Notes: a model not told the origin generated them from the sequence alone. Positions 12,688 to 26,026 are shown, numbered from the stretch's first letter. The stretch: 64,000 nucleotides of DNA from Mizuhopecten yessoensis (GCF_002113885.1 NW_018480076.1:1277603-1341602); one strand, 5' to 3'. Made by a program: numbers and translations.

Positions 12688-12891
12688 CACAGGGACCTGC
12701 GAATTTGTTACAGCTATATTGGTGCCTAAACTAAGATGTTCCGAGTAATTTTACATGTTTTAGGGGTTTAGATAGAATTGAGGGTGGCATTTTTACCGCA
12801 AGGTAATCTAAACCCATAAAACATGTAAAATTTCTCTGAACGCCTTGTTTTAGGTACAAATATAGCTGTACCAAATTTTCAGGTCCCTGTG
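12688..12891. mobile_element. Foldback MITE, 204 bp, with ~85-bp imperfect TIRs
   Basis: CACAGGGACCTGCGAATTTGTTACAGCTATATT...AATATAGCTGTACCAAATTTTCAGGTCCCTGTG; the flanks TCGAGGAT and TTAAGGAT may be a decayed 8-bp TSD. Confidence 0.85.
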
Positions 12892-13627
12892 TTAAGGATG
12901 CTATCTGCATCCAATTCCCCTTTCAGTTTTTAATATCATTGACAAAAGGGTATCCGAAACTCCAAGTGCTATCCGAAAAAGGGTATGCGAAAGCCGGTAC
13001 AGGGAGTATCAGTATCAGAAAAGGTTATCCGAATCGGGTACTAAAATGGGATATCATGATGAGGTGTTATTTTTGGGTATCAAATGAGTTTTCTTATTAA
13101 AATGACTATGTCGAGGGACGCGTGACCATTTACATGCTAATTCTCGGTTTGTTAGGAGGAGTTATCTTTCTTCCCGTGTGACTTTTTTAGTTTAAACATA
13201 TCTCATTGATATATTATATCGATAACCTTTATTCAGCAATAGACACAACTGTCTTTGTACCATAAATACATTGCATATACAAGGATATATGTGGTGGTAC
13301 AATGCATTAAATTACATAAATATATAAATCGGTGACTTTCCATACTTAAATGCAGGTTTCACGACATCAGGGCGGACTTTACTCCTGATTAAATAAGTTA
13401 TTGTTCCGTATCTCATTCGCTTTACAAATGAAAGCAGCAATATTTTTCAATGAACTCTTGCTCGTAGACGATATTAGTTCCAGGAACTTTGGTCTATTTT
13501 GGTGATGACAATACCTTCTCTTGATATACATGTGTATTTATAAGGTACACTCCATAAGGAAATGATACTCGTCCTCTAAAACACCACAAGGGCTACGTGT
13601 AGTACAGTACGATTCTCATAAGGAATA

Positions 13628-13862
13628 GGGTTCGGGTGGTGCAGTGGATAGCGCACTTGCCTTTCACCAAGGCGGCCAGGGTTCGATTCTCCGATCGGAC
13701 GTGACAAGGCTGGGGTCACCTGCCCGACAACGTGGGTTTTCTCCGGGTACTCCGGTTTCCTCCCACACCAAGACCCCTCACGGGCACACAACCGGGCCAA
13801 CAAGAGTGATTAATATAAGTTGAAATAACTTCATAATTGTTGTAAAATAAATAAAGTTTAAA
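13628..13862 (+). mobile_element. tRNA-derived V-domain SINE, copy 2
   Basis: GGGTGGTGCAGTGG...GGTTCGATTC head; GTGGGTTTTCTCCGGGTACTCCGGTTTCCTCCCACA core; AATAAATAAAGTTT tail; no TSD seen. Confidence 0.88.
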
Positions 13863-14429
13863 TTTATATGTAAACATTTGGCAAGTCAACATAGAAGTCA
13901 ACAATATATGAGAATACTTCCGGTGTAGTGATAACATAATCAACTAGACTGCATCCTCGGTCATTCGCGAAAGTTAACGATCTTATACCCGCGTCTTTTC
14001 CTACCCTACCATTCAATATACGTAAACCAGAAGACTTACAGAAATCAATTAACTTCAAACCATTGCTATTAACTATACCCTTATCAAGTGAATACCGCTT
14101 ACCCATACTGTCCTCTACGTATTCGTCATCTATAGGTATAAAGTAACTTATATCACTTTAAACGAAGTCAGATAACTCCTTTGTTCTAGCGTTCATGTCA
14201 CCTGTAATTATAAAATCACAAGTGTCTTCCTCGTCATTAACAATATCAATTAATATGTTATGTAAGCGGTCAATAGTATCAACATCTAAAAAAGCCCGTC
14301 TTCTGGTATTTTCAGGTAAAACATAGCACAAAACGAGATATACATTTCTTTCAAAACCAATGAAAGTTTTTTTTTCCATTTTCAACACAATTATATCGTC
14401 GGCATCTTTAACAACTAATTCAATAGTGG

Positions 14430-17400
14430 TCACTATCATCCTCGTCGTGATCACTCACAGCCTTAGAGAGTATTCTCTACTAATACCATAGCCAGACTAA
14501 TCTCTACTAGTACCATAGCCAGGATTATCTCTACTAATACCATAGCTAGGATAATCTCTACTAATACAATGGCCAGTATACTATCTACTTATACCATAGC
14601 AAAGATACTCTCTACTAATACCATAGCCAGGATAATCTCTACTTATACCATAGCAAGGATACTCTCTAGTAATACCATAGCCAGGATTATCTCTACTAAT
14701 ACCATAGCCACTATCATCCTCGTCGTGATCACTCACAGCCTTAGAGAGTATTCTCTACTAATACCATAACCAGACTAATCTCTACTAGTACCATAGCCAG
14801 GATTATCTCTACTAATACCATAGCCACTATCATCCTCGTCGTGATCACTCACAGCCTTAGAGAGTATTTTCTACTAATACCATAGCCAGACTAATCTCTA
14901 CTAGTACCATAGCCAGGATTATCTCTACTAATTCCATAGCTAGGATAATCTCTACTAATACCATAGCCAGGATAATCTCTACTTATACCATAGCAAGGAT
15001 ACTCTCTAGTAATACCATAGCCAGGATTATCTCTACTAGTACCATAGCCAGGATACTCTCTACTAATACCATAGCCAGGATTATCTCTACTAATACCATA
15101 GCTAGGATAATCTCTACTAATACCATAGCCAGGATAATCTCTACTAATACCATTGCAAGGATACTCTCTAGTAATACCATAGCCAGGATTATCTCTACTA
15201 ATACCATAGCCACTATCATCCTCGTCGTGATCACTCACAGCCTTAGAGAGTATTTTCTACTAATACCATAGCCAGACTAATCTCTACTAGTACCATAGCC
15301 AGGATTATCTCTACTAATACCATAGCCAGGATAATCTCTACTTATACCATAGCAAGGATACTCTCTAGTAATACCATAGCCAGGATAATCTCTACTAATA
15401 CAATGGCCAGTATACTATCTACTTATACCATAGCAAAGATACTCTCTACTAATACCATAGCAAAGATACTCTCTACTAATACCATAGCAAAGATACTCTC
15501 TACTAATACCATAGCAAAGATACTCTCTACTAATACCATAGCCAGGATAATCTCTACTTATACCATAGCAAGGATACTCTCTAGTAATACCATAGCCAGG
15601 ATTATCTCTACTAATACAATGGCAAGTATACTCTCTACTAATACCATAGCCAGGATTATCTCTACTAATACAATGGCAAGTATACTCTCTACTAATACCA
15701 TAGCCAGGATTATCTCTACTAATACCATAGCAAGGATAATCTCTACTAATACCATAGCCAGGATAATCTCTACTTATACCATAGCAAGGATACTCTCTAG
15801 TAATACCATAGCCAGGATAATCTCTACTAGTACCATAGCCAGGATAATCTCTACTAATACCATAGCAAGGATACTCTCTACTAATACCATAGCCAGGATA
15901 CTTTCTACTAATACCATAGCCAGGATAATCTCTGCTAATACCATAGCAAGGATATCTCTACTAATACCATAGCCAGGATTATCTCTACTAATAAAATGGC
16001 CAGTATACTCTCTACTAATACCATAGCCAGGATACTCTCAACTAATACCATAGCCAGGATAATCTCTACTAATACCATAGCTAGGATAATCTCTACTAAT
16101 ACAATGGCCAGTATACTATCTACTTATACCATAGCAAAGATACTCTCTACTAATACCATAGCCAGGATAATCTCTACTTATACCATAGCAAGGATACTCT
16201 CTAGTAATACCATAGCCAGGATAATCTCTACTAGTACCATAATACCATAGCCAGGATAATCTCTACTAATACCATAGCAAGGATAATCTCTACTAATACC
16301 ATAGCTACCATAGCTAGGATAATCTCTACAGCCAGGATAATATCTACTAATACCATATCAAGGATACTCTCTAGTAATACCATAGCCAGGATAATCTCTA
16401 CTAATACCATAGCTAGGATAATCTCTACTAATACCATAGCAAGGATAATCTCTACTAATACCATAGCTAGGATACTCTCTAGTAATACCATAGCCAGGAT
16501 TATCTCTACTAATACCATAGCTAGGATAATCTCTACTAATACCATAGCCAGGATACTCTCTACTAATACCATAGCCAGGATAATCTCTGCTAATACCATA
16601 GCAAAAATACTCTCTACTAATACCATAGCCAGGATACTCTCTGCTAATACAATGGCCAGTATACTCTCTACTAATACCATAGCCAGGATAATCTCTACTT
16701 ATACCATAGCAAGGATACTCTCTAGTAATAGCATAGCCAGGATAATCTCTACTAGTACCATAACCAGGATAATCTCTACTAATACCATAGCTAGGATAAT
16801 CTCTACAAATACCATAGGCAGGATTCTCTCTACTAATACCATAGCTAGGATACTCTCTAGTAATACCATAGCCCGGATAATCTCTATTAGTACCATAGCC
16901 AGGATAATCTCTACTAATACCATAGCCAGGATACTCTCTACTAATACAATGGCCAGTAAACTCTCTACTAATACCATAGCCAGGATAATCTCTACTAATA
17001 CCATAGCAAGGATACTCTCTACTAATACCATAGCCAGGATACTCTCTGCTAATACAATGGCCAGTATACTCTCTACTAATACCATAGCCAGGATTATCTC
17101 TAGTAATACCATAGCCAGGATTATCTCTACTAATACGATAGCTAGGATTATCTCTACTAGTACCATAGCCAGGATTATCTCTACTAATACCATAGCCAGG
17201 ATTATCTCTAGTAATACCATAGCCAGGATTATCTCTACTAATACCATAGCCAGGATAATCTCTACTAGAACCATAGCCAGGAGAATCTCTACTAATACCA
17301 TAGCAAGGATACTCTCTAGTAATACCATAGCCCGGATAATCTCTATTAGTACCATAGCCAGGATAATCTCTACTAATACCATAGCCAGGATACTCTCTAC

Positions 17401-18117
17401 TAATACCATAGCCAGGATACTCTCTGCTAATACAATGGCCAGTATACTCTCTACTAATACCATAGCCAGGATAATCTCTACTAGAACCATAGCCAGGAGA
17501 ATCTCTACTAATACCATAGCAAGGATACTCTCTAGTAATACCATAGCCCGGATAATCTCTACTAGTACCATAGCCAGGAGCATCTCTACTAATACCATAG
17601 CAAGGATACTCTCTAGTAATAGCATAGCCAGGATAATCTCTACTAGTACCATAGCCAGGATTATCTCTACTAATACAATGGCCAGTATACTCTCTGCTAA
17701 TACAATGGCCAGTATGCTCTCTACTAATACCATAGCCAGGATACTCTCTGCTAATACAATGGCCAGTATACTCTCTACTAATACCATAGCCAGGATACTC
17801 TCTACTAATACCATAGCAAGGATACTCTCTACTAATACCATAGCTAGGATAATCTCTACTAATACCATAGCCAGGATTCTCTCTACTAATACCATAGCTA
17901 GGATACTCTCTAGTAATACCATAGCCCGGATAATCTCTACTAGTACCATAGCCAGGATAATCTCTACTAATACCATAGCAAGGATACTCTCTAGTAATAC
18001 CATAGCCAGGATAATCTCTACTAGTACCATAGCCAGGATTATCTCTACTAATACCATAGCTAGGATAATCTCTACTAATACCATAGCCAGGATACTCTCT
18101 ACTAATACCATAGCCAG
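14430..18117. repeat. 27-bp minisatellite, about 135 units, derived from LINE ORF1
   Basis: Unit ATACCATAGCCAGGATAATCTCTACTA, which reads GYGISRDYP on the minus strand; it explains all the long ORFs at 14569-18298. Confidence 0.97.
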
Positions 18118-18499
18118 AGGTTTTCAAAACACCAACTTTGGACATGATCAGTTCTATATCAGAGTTCTATGTCAGTGTAGTCTCGGAAACATGCAATTAG
18201 TGGGCGGGGTTTCGCATGTACACCACGTGTTGGTTTGCCTAACCGGTAGGCCTGTTGTATTCTCTTGTTGTCCCCAATGGCCTGTTTTGTTTCAATAAAA
18301 AAATAACAACACCAGAACATCCATCCTCCACGACCTTGTCATTAGATTCAGTCAAGCGAAAAAACAACCAATTGTTCCTCCTATTTCTGCTTTCAATATC
18401 GATTGACTTGTACTCCACATATGACAACCTATAGTCCATATATGTCCTTGGAGGCCCTATCGACACGTGTACTGACCTTATTCAGGACTCCTTGAATTC

Positions 18500-21400
18500 T
18501 ATCCAATTGACAAAGGGTATAAATAGAAAAACAGAGAATTCATCGAATCTTCCCGACCTACACTAGCGTCACCATTACAGAGTAAGTTTACATCAATAAC
18601 GACATCATACCATGCTAGATCTGTATATAATATTTTACGCAAGTTCTGATATAGAGGACAAAAAAGTAAAAAATGATAAGGATGTTCACAGGGATGCCCA
18701 CATCGACACTCTGCTGAATCTATTAAGTTGGCTATACACATATCATAGTTGAGTGGGCATGCTTGGTTTCTTAGACGACAGTGAAGAATATTTAATTTCC
18801 TAGATCCATAGTTACAAAATTTCTTACTTAAATTACTGTTCACTAACAAGCACTTTTAACATTTGACTTGAACGAATTTAATGAGGGTGAATTTCTGATA
18901 TCGTTATTCAGGTTGTTCCAAAGATTCGTTGCAGAGGGAAAGAAATAATTGTTTGGCGAGTGTAAACAAAACTGTTGTTCTCGCAGCAGGTGAGCTCCTC
19001 GTAAATCATATGGGACTATATTTCCACCATAATCTGGCAACAAGTCAATAAGAAAAGTTGGTGCCATGTTGTTAACAATAGAATAAAATAGAGAAAGTTT
19101 CCGAGCATCTCCCTTTTTGCAAGGGGTAACCAGCCAGTTTCCTGATATAAAAAATCTTTTTCGTGTAAATGGGCAATCCAGTGACGATTCTAGCAGCTTC
19201 TAGTGGAATTTTTCCAGTGTTACGGAGTTAGTTTCACCGCAGTTGCCCCAAACCTCACATGCATATTCAAGAAGTAGTCTAATATAGATTAGAAATAACT
19301 TCTCTAAGTTGTTCCTTTTTAAGATGGGTTTGAGCTTACGAAGAGTTGCATAATATTTTGTTATTTTACTAACTATATGCAATCAACATGAGAGTTCCAT
19401 TTAAAGTCGTTAGAAATAATAACACCTAAGTGTTTATGTTGGTTAGTAATATTGATGGGGGACCACCAAAGTTAAACGATGGAACAAATGGAAGCTGCAG
19501 ATTTGATATGATAAGCCGGGCCTCAGTTTTGATGGGGTTGAAAGACATCATCCACTCTTTGGACCCAACTTCAGATCAGATCTTGCTTCTAATTCTATAA
19601 GGTTCAGGTCACGAGAGGAGTAAGAAAGAGATGTATCGTCCGCGAAAAGTCTGGACAAAGAGAAGAGTTCGCATGAAATATCATTTATATACATTAAGAA
19701 AAATAAAGGCCCGAGAACTGAACCTTGAGGTACACCAGCGTTGGTGGAGGTGAATGAAGAAAGTGCACCTTAAATAAAAACTGCTTGCTTTCTATCAGAA
19801 AGATAGCTACTGATCCAAAGAAGAAGTTGACCTGAAATGCCTTCTCCAATTTGTGTAGAAGACCTTTATGCCACACACGATCAAATGCCACAGAATATTA
19901 GAATAGTGTGCTCAAATCTTTCCAAAGAAGAAATTATTGAGTGATAGAGTTCAATGAGCTGATGAGTGGTAGAATGATTAGGTAAGATTCCTGACTGATA
20001 TTTATAAATATGATCATTTTCAATTAAATAATTATACATGTGTTTATAAACCACACGCTTGAATAGCCTCCCCAAACAGCTTAGCAGTGAAATAGGTCTG
20101 TAGTTTGAAGAAATACTTGCATCATTAGCTTTAAATACAGGCATGACATGAGTAATTTTCCAGCCATCAGGATATTGTGGGCAACACCATCAGGGCCTGT
20201 TGCTTTATTTGTATCAAGTATATTTATAATGTCTTCAATTTCACTAGGTAACACATTTATTTCACATAAAGCAAAATTAGTACGTCTCTCAAAAAAAGGT
20301 AGATCTTTATCAATGTCATTTTCAGATAATGTACATACAGAGCTAAAATAGTTGTTAAATAATTCACATTTACTGGCATTATCATATATAATTTCATTTG
20401 TAGTGGGATCCAGGAGTGGAGATATATCTGAGTGTTTATTACCTTTCAGAATGTTACGTCAAAGTTTCCAGTATGCCTTGGTGCTGTTATTACTTCTGTC
20501 AATGACTGAATCAATGTTTTCATAAAATATTTCTTTAGCTCTCTTTATCATGTCATTTACTTTGTTTCTCATGTGTTTAAATTTTACTTTTGTTGGACTC
20601 TGTATTGTTATTAAACATGATCTTTTTTAGTCCATCTCTTTTTCTAATGCTACTTCTTAAGATTCCATTCATCCATGGCTTGTCACCCTCTCAAACTAAG
20701 ATTTCTTTGTATGGTATACATTTCATGACAGCCTCGACGAATTTATCAGTAAAATATTTACACATTTCATTGACATCTGTTAAGTTATTAAGATCATCAA
20801 TCCAAGGAAGATTGTTAATCATCACTTTTAGTTCGTCAATGTTGCATTGATCATATAACTATATATTTTTTAAATATTTATAGTGATGATTAACTTAAAC
20901 AGGGATATTTATAATAGCAAAAACTGCATCATGGTCACTGATAGAGCGTTCAATTTCAATAACATCAGAAAAAGTTACATTTACAGTATCGCTTACAATA
21001 ATAGGATCAAGAAGTGAAGATGAGTTATCGGTTTGTCTTGTAGGTTCTGTTAATACATCTGTTAACTTATAATAAGAGAGAATAACACGAAGATCGCCTC
21101 TAATAGTTTTGAGAAAGTCTACATTCAAGTCACCTGTGCTTATTAAATTTGGAGTTTCTTCAAATGCAATATCTTCGAATGACGCAGATGGTGCCATAGA
21201 ACAGTATTATTAAGGGAGGGGGGTCTATAAATATTACAAACTAAATAAAGTGAATCTTTAAATTTGATCTGTGACCAAACAGTTTCATCATTTCCGATTT
21301 CCAAGTCAGTTCTTCGCTTAGCAAAGAAAAATTCAGAGATATAATTTGCAACACCCCCGCCAAACATATTTCTACCTTTGCGAAACGGTTCAGAGAAGCC

Positions 21401-22340
21401 ATCAATGGCGGGTTCGGAATTTGATATAGAATTATCTAAATGTGTTTCAGTTAAGCATAGGATGTCAACATCCTCTGTTATAGTACAGAACTATTTAACT
21501 TTATTTTGTAAGCTCCGAATGTTTAAATGGACTATGCTAAGAGCACTGATTGTAGAACTGCTATCGGGATTGGGCCCTGGATTTGGGTGTATATCACCAG
21601 CTAAAAACAAAATAATTATAGCTGAATTAAATGGGTTGAGCATGTAATGGGACAACTGCAGTAATAAAAAAACAGACCTGGTGGAGATCTGAAATGGGAG
21701 AAAAATGATTTAAAACCTTTGAAGTAGTTATGAATAAAAACTAAGGTGACTTGGTATACACGATGATTTACAATAGAAACATCCTACGGCATCCCTCCAG
21801 GCACATACATCATTTCCCATCATGGAGAGTCAAAAGTAAAAAATACAAAATATTGCTGGAGGTCTGTCAACTTTCTATGAGATGGAAAAACATGAGGCGG
21901 GGTGAGAAATTGAACAGGACAATGAGAGATTTAATAAGGGGAGAAGTAGAGTGATGATAAAATGAAGGACCCTATACTTATTGGTAAGGAGACAAGAGAG
22001 AGAAAAATGGACAGTTGGATATATAGGAAAAGCAAGAGGGGAAATGGGAGAAGATAAAGTATGTCAAAGGATATAAAAAAGGACATGATTTGGGTGGGAG
22101 CGGGGAACAATCATTCAGAAGTGTTAGTAGAGAGTAATCACATAGTGAGTGGGTAGATGATTATGGCTATAAATAGATATACAAAAACTAACCATATTAA
22201 AAAACCCAGGTGTTATAAGAATACAGGATTGCCATGTGACCTGTTGATCAAAGAAATAAACCATGTAATACAAGATTAAAAGGCCTTGTTTACGTATACA
22301 TGACTTTAGTAGAATAATATAGAGATACATGCACACGCAC
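18500..22340 (-). mobile_element. CR1-clade LINE with a multiply frameshifted endonuclease/RT ORF; 3' end truncated, 5' boundary uncertain
   Basis: LAGDIHPNPGP (~21590), LCLTETHL, GDLN, NYRPISLLS, AFDRVWHKGL, GVPQGSVLGP (~19720), FADD (~19640), and C-terminal CRCG...HFLLFCPLY. Confidence 0.92.
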
Positions 22341-23388
22341 CCTACATCAACAATACTTGGGGTCGATGGGAGAGCTCCCTCCGATCACAATAATAATTGA
22401 TAATGAAATAACACGTACAAATGTACGTACAATAGCAATGTCTACCTAATTACTATTTTTTCTCTTATTTTGTGTGTGTTTATGTGTGGGTAAGCCTGAG
22501 AGGACCTTGTTGGTAGGGCTTTCCCCAACCCTTAAAAATCTCAGGATTCCCAGGCATTCTAATTATTGTGTATGATTTGCTGTTAACGAGACCATTCTTT
22601 CTGTATTTACTAAACTAATACAAGATTCATTAACTTCTCTCTTCATCTCTGTAGTTAACTGATGTATTTATGTGCATTTAAGTATCAATTAATAATATTT
22701 GATTTGTATTTTGACTACACTGTACATTTTTGTAACTCTTCAATTTGGAGGAAATAAAGAAATAATACTTTCTGCTAATCGAAATCCCGTGTGATTACGA
22801 TATATATATTTTCTGTAAAGATTTGCAACAACAGGATGTAGGATTTACGTTGACTTTACATGTTACACTTGTATCACATCGATGGGTTTCCAGCTGTACT
22901 AGAGATATTCGATTTATTCGGGCGAAAGACAGAAGTCAAGTTTTGCACATGGTGAAGAGTTGTCGATTTGAAATCTTGTGCTCCTTAACCGAAATTTTAC
23001 GAAATTGCATCATTAAGATAGCAACAATCATTGCTACTTGCAATAAAATTTATGAAATTACAAAAGAAATATTTACCGGTATAATGCATAAATCAAATAT
23101 TAGCTTTACCACAGTACAACATAGGTTAACTGGTTTTAAGTGCAGTGCTGTGTTTGCTTTAAAGCAGTTATCTTTTGAATAAAGTGGTATTAAGAAAGGT
23201 ACAAAACAGGCGAAGAAAATGAAAACCCTGTTTGGCAGATGTCGCCAAGCACAGGCTAAAATTACAAATACAGACCACAACGTGGAAAGATACTTTATCG
23301 TGGCATTTAACCTGTCCGCTCTATTTGTAAATGAGACAAGATTTTGCAGTATTTTTCGCTTCTGCTTATAAATCTGCAGCAAAAAAGA

Positions 23389-23460
23389 AAACTCCGGCGG
23401 GATTCGAACCCGCTATCCCCGGGTTATGAGGCCGGTTCGAATCCAATAGGCCACGGACGC
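23389..23460 (-). pseudogene. tRNA-Arg-derived pseudogene, anticodon now CAT
   Basis: Many substitutions and a disrupted D arm relative to the array consensus. Confidence 0.8.
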
Positions 23461-23625
23461 GAATTAATTAGTTATAGGGGTTTTATTGAGATGCATGTAA
23501 TACCTCCTATTATCGTTAGTTTTTTCCCTCTGCGTTATATTGTAAAATAGAAATAAATCAATTGAGTTGGTGTTGAACGCATATTAGATCTTCCACTCCG
23601 CTTAGAAACCGTGAAAAAATATAAC

Positions 23626-23698
23626 AACCTCCGGCGGGACTCGAACCCGCAATCCCCGGCTTAGGAGGCCGGTGCCTTATCCATTGGGCCACGGAGGC
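23626..23698 (-). tRNA. trnaR-CCU: tRNA-Arg (anticodon CCT)
   Basis: GCCTCCGTGGCCCAATGGATAAGGCACCGGCCTCCTAAGCCGGGGATTGCGGGTTCGAGTCCCGCCGGAGGTT folds as a full cloverleaf; T6 terminator just downstream. Confidence 0.97.
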
Positions 23699-25046
23699 AC
23701 GTGTTCAAAGTCTTCTGTGAAATCATCTATCGGATATCCTTCTGGTTATTTCACTCCACTTTGGGATACAAGAAACTTCGAGCAACTGATTAGCGAAACC
23801 TCCAATGTTGTCAATGATATTAGTAAACAGGTGAACAATTCCGACACCGAATAAAATCGTCATCGTTTATCATCAAAAATATTAACTTACAATTAGTATC
23901 GTGTAAGGTATAGACAACGAGAGAAACATTACACAAGACTTCTTGCCATTGATGCGCCATATAAATATGTGGACTCTGTAGGGAGGTCAAGTCCAGCATG
24001 CAGTCATACAAATGTAATGTCTTTGTTCACTCCTCAAAGAGACGACAATACATTCATGGATATCGACCTGACAATAAATAGTCCAACCGAATACAAGGTT
24101 ACGTTTGAAGAGGTTATGGAAAATCTGAAGACGTCCCTCTCTATATATTACGAACTTGACAGGAGGATTTTACTGAAAGAGTTGCGATGATATTTGGTAA
24201 ACAGCTTAGAGACTTTATAAAATAATTCAGGATGTGACACAAGTTCGACAAACGCTACAACGGCTGAACCTTCAGCATGTTCTTGCTCTACCTACCCTTA
24301 CAAATATTGTCCAGCTTGAAATGGCTTGCACTTTATTGCTTGCAAGTAATCCCGTCTTATAACACTTTACTATTATTCGATATTTCATAGTAAGTATGTT
24401 TCCCTTTACATTATGTTGTAAAAAGTAGATATAACTTCAGTTGATTTGGCGTTGAAGGCGCTCCGGTTCTTTGTAGAGAAACCATTCGGTGTCCATCATG
24501 TTCAAACCACACTGTATCCGCCTCCTCTCTCTGTATTACGAAAATTACAAGAGGATTTTACTAAAGGAGTTTCTGATGGTATTTGGTAAACAGCTTGGAG
24601 ACTTAATAAAAGTATTGAGGATGTGGCACAAATTCGACAAACGCTACAAGATGTATATGAAGATGAGCTTTGAATAAGAGAGAGAAACATGCTAAATGTA
24701 TTCTGAGATACTCGACTCATCAAGGGATCTTCAAATCATGTAGGTTATTTAATTATAATTATTTATAAATGAGACAATATGGTTTTACGGACATGCAAGT
24801 AATACCGACTATTAAAACTAAAGTATTATTATATATTTCGCGCTTACAACCGGGACAACAAGAGTGATAAGTAGAAGTTGATACCTTGTTTCAATATTGT
24901 TGTGAAAGAAATAAAGTTTACATTAAAAAAAAAACAAGTTTTTCTATCCTTCGTATTGCAAAACTGAATTTGTTCCAATTGAATTGGTGTTGAATGTCTG
25001 TATAGACGTTCTCCGCCTCTGCTTATAACACCACCAGAAAAATAAT

Positions 25047-25119
25047 AACCTCCGGCGGGACTCGAACCCGCAATCCCCGGCTTAGGAGGCCGGTGCCTTA
25101 CCCATTGGGCCACGGAGGC
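25047..25119 (-). tRNA. trnaR-CCU: tRNA-Arg (CCT), A20G variant
   Basis: One D-loop substitution at 25101. Confidence 0.9.
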
Positions 25120-25953
25120 ACATGGTCGGTGTTTTCTGTGAAATATACTCCTCTTTGGTAAGGTTATTAAGAAACTTTAAGCCACTTCATCAGTTCATTG
25201 CAAAGTTTCCCGTGTTGTCAATGGTATGGAGTATGATATATATGGTATGGGATATGCTGGTAAACTGAATGGCAATTACAACACGGAATGAAATAATCAT
25301 TGGGTGACTACCGTGTTTGAACCACACTGTATTCTCTTTCCGTCCCAGCATTCCGAACATTTCCACAGGATTCTATCAAAGAGTTCCGATGTGGTGAGAT
25401 TTGGTAACAAGCTTGGAGACTTCTTACTATTGGTGCGTCATATGGATGTGGGGCTCTGTAGGAAGATCAAGACCAGCATGCAGTCATACAAATGTGATGT
25501 CTTTGTTCACTCCTCAAAGAGACGACAATACATTCATGGATATCGACATTACAATAGTCAATCCAAATAAAATGTTACGTTTGAAGACGTTCCTCTCTCT
25601 ATATTACGAACATGACAGGAGGATTTTACTGAAAGAGTTCCGATGATATTTTCTAAACAGCTTAGAGACTTAATAAAATAATTGAGGATGTGACACAAGT
25701 TCACAACGGCTGAACCTTCAGCATGTTCTTGCTCTACCCACCCTTACAAATATTGTCCAGCTTGAAATGGCTTGCACTTTATTGACTTGAAAGTAATCCC
25801 GTCTAATAACACTTTACTATTATTCGATATTTCATAGTAAGTATGTTTCCCTTTACATTATGTTGTAAAAAGTAGCTATAACTTCAGTTGATTTGGCGTT
25901 GAAGGCGCTCTGGTTCTTCGCCTCCGCTAACAAATCCATGACAAAAATATAAT

Positions 25954-26026
25954 AACATCCGGCGGGACTCGAACCCGCAATGCCCGGCTTAGGAGGCCGG
26001 TGCCTTATCCATTGGGCCACGGAGCC
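25954..26026 (-). pseudogene. tRNA-Arg (CCT), probable pseudogene
   Basis: Three substitutions, two of which break acceptor-stem pairs 2-71 and 3-70. Confidence 0.75.

Larger units (their letters stand above)
13210..18430 (-). mobile_element. Decayed two-ORF LINE (possibly RTE-X-like): ORF1 fragment, endonuclease fragment, ORF2 C-terminus and 3'UTR; RT deleted
   Basis: ORF1 at 18430-18090 (EYKSIDIESRNRRNN...QAYRLG...PRPLIACFRDY...IMSKVGVLKTSGYGISR); APE endonuclease at 14430-13864 (ITGDMNART, LRILNGR, SLVDY); C-terminus at 13627-13400 (PYENR.C...GVLEDEYHFLMEC); AATAAA near 13230. The clade call is tentative. Confidence 0.85.

Noticed and set aside
14569-18298. ORFs (TNTIARIIS)n and (MVLVEIILA)n as genes
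   Set aside because: They are alternative frames of the 27-bp array; only the GYGISRDYP frame has an identifiable origin.
22480-22770. Possible plus-strand LINE 3' end (stem-loop and AATAAAGAAATAA tail)
   Set aside because: No coding remnant or TSD to support a family call.
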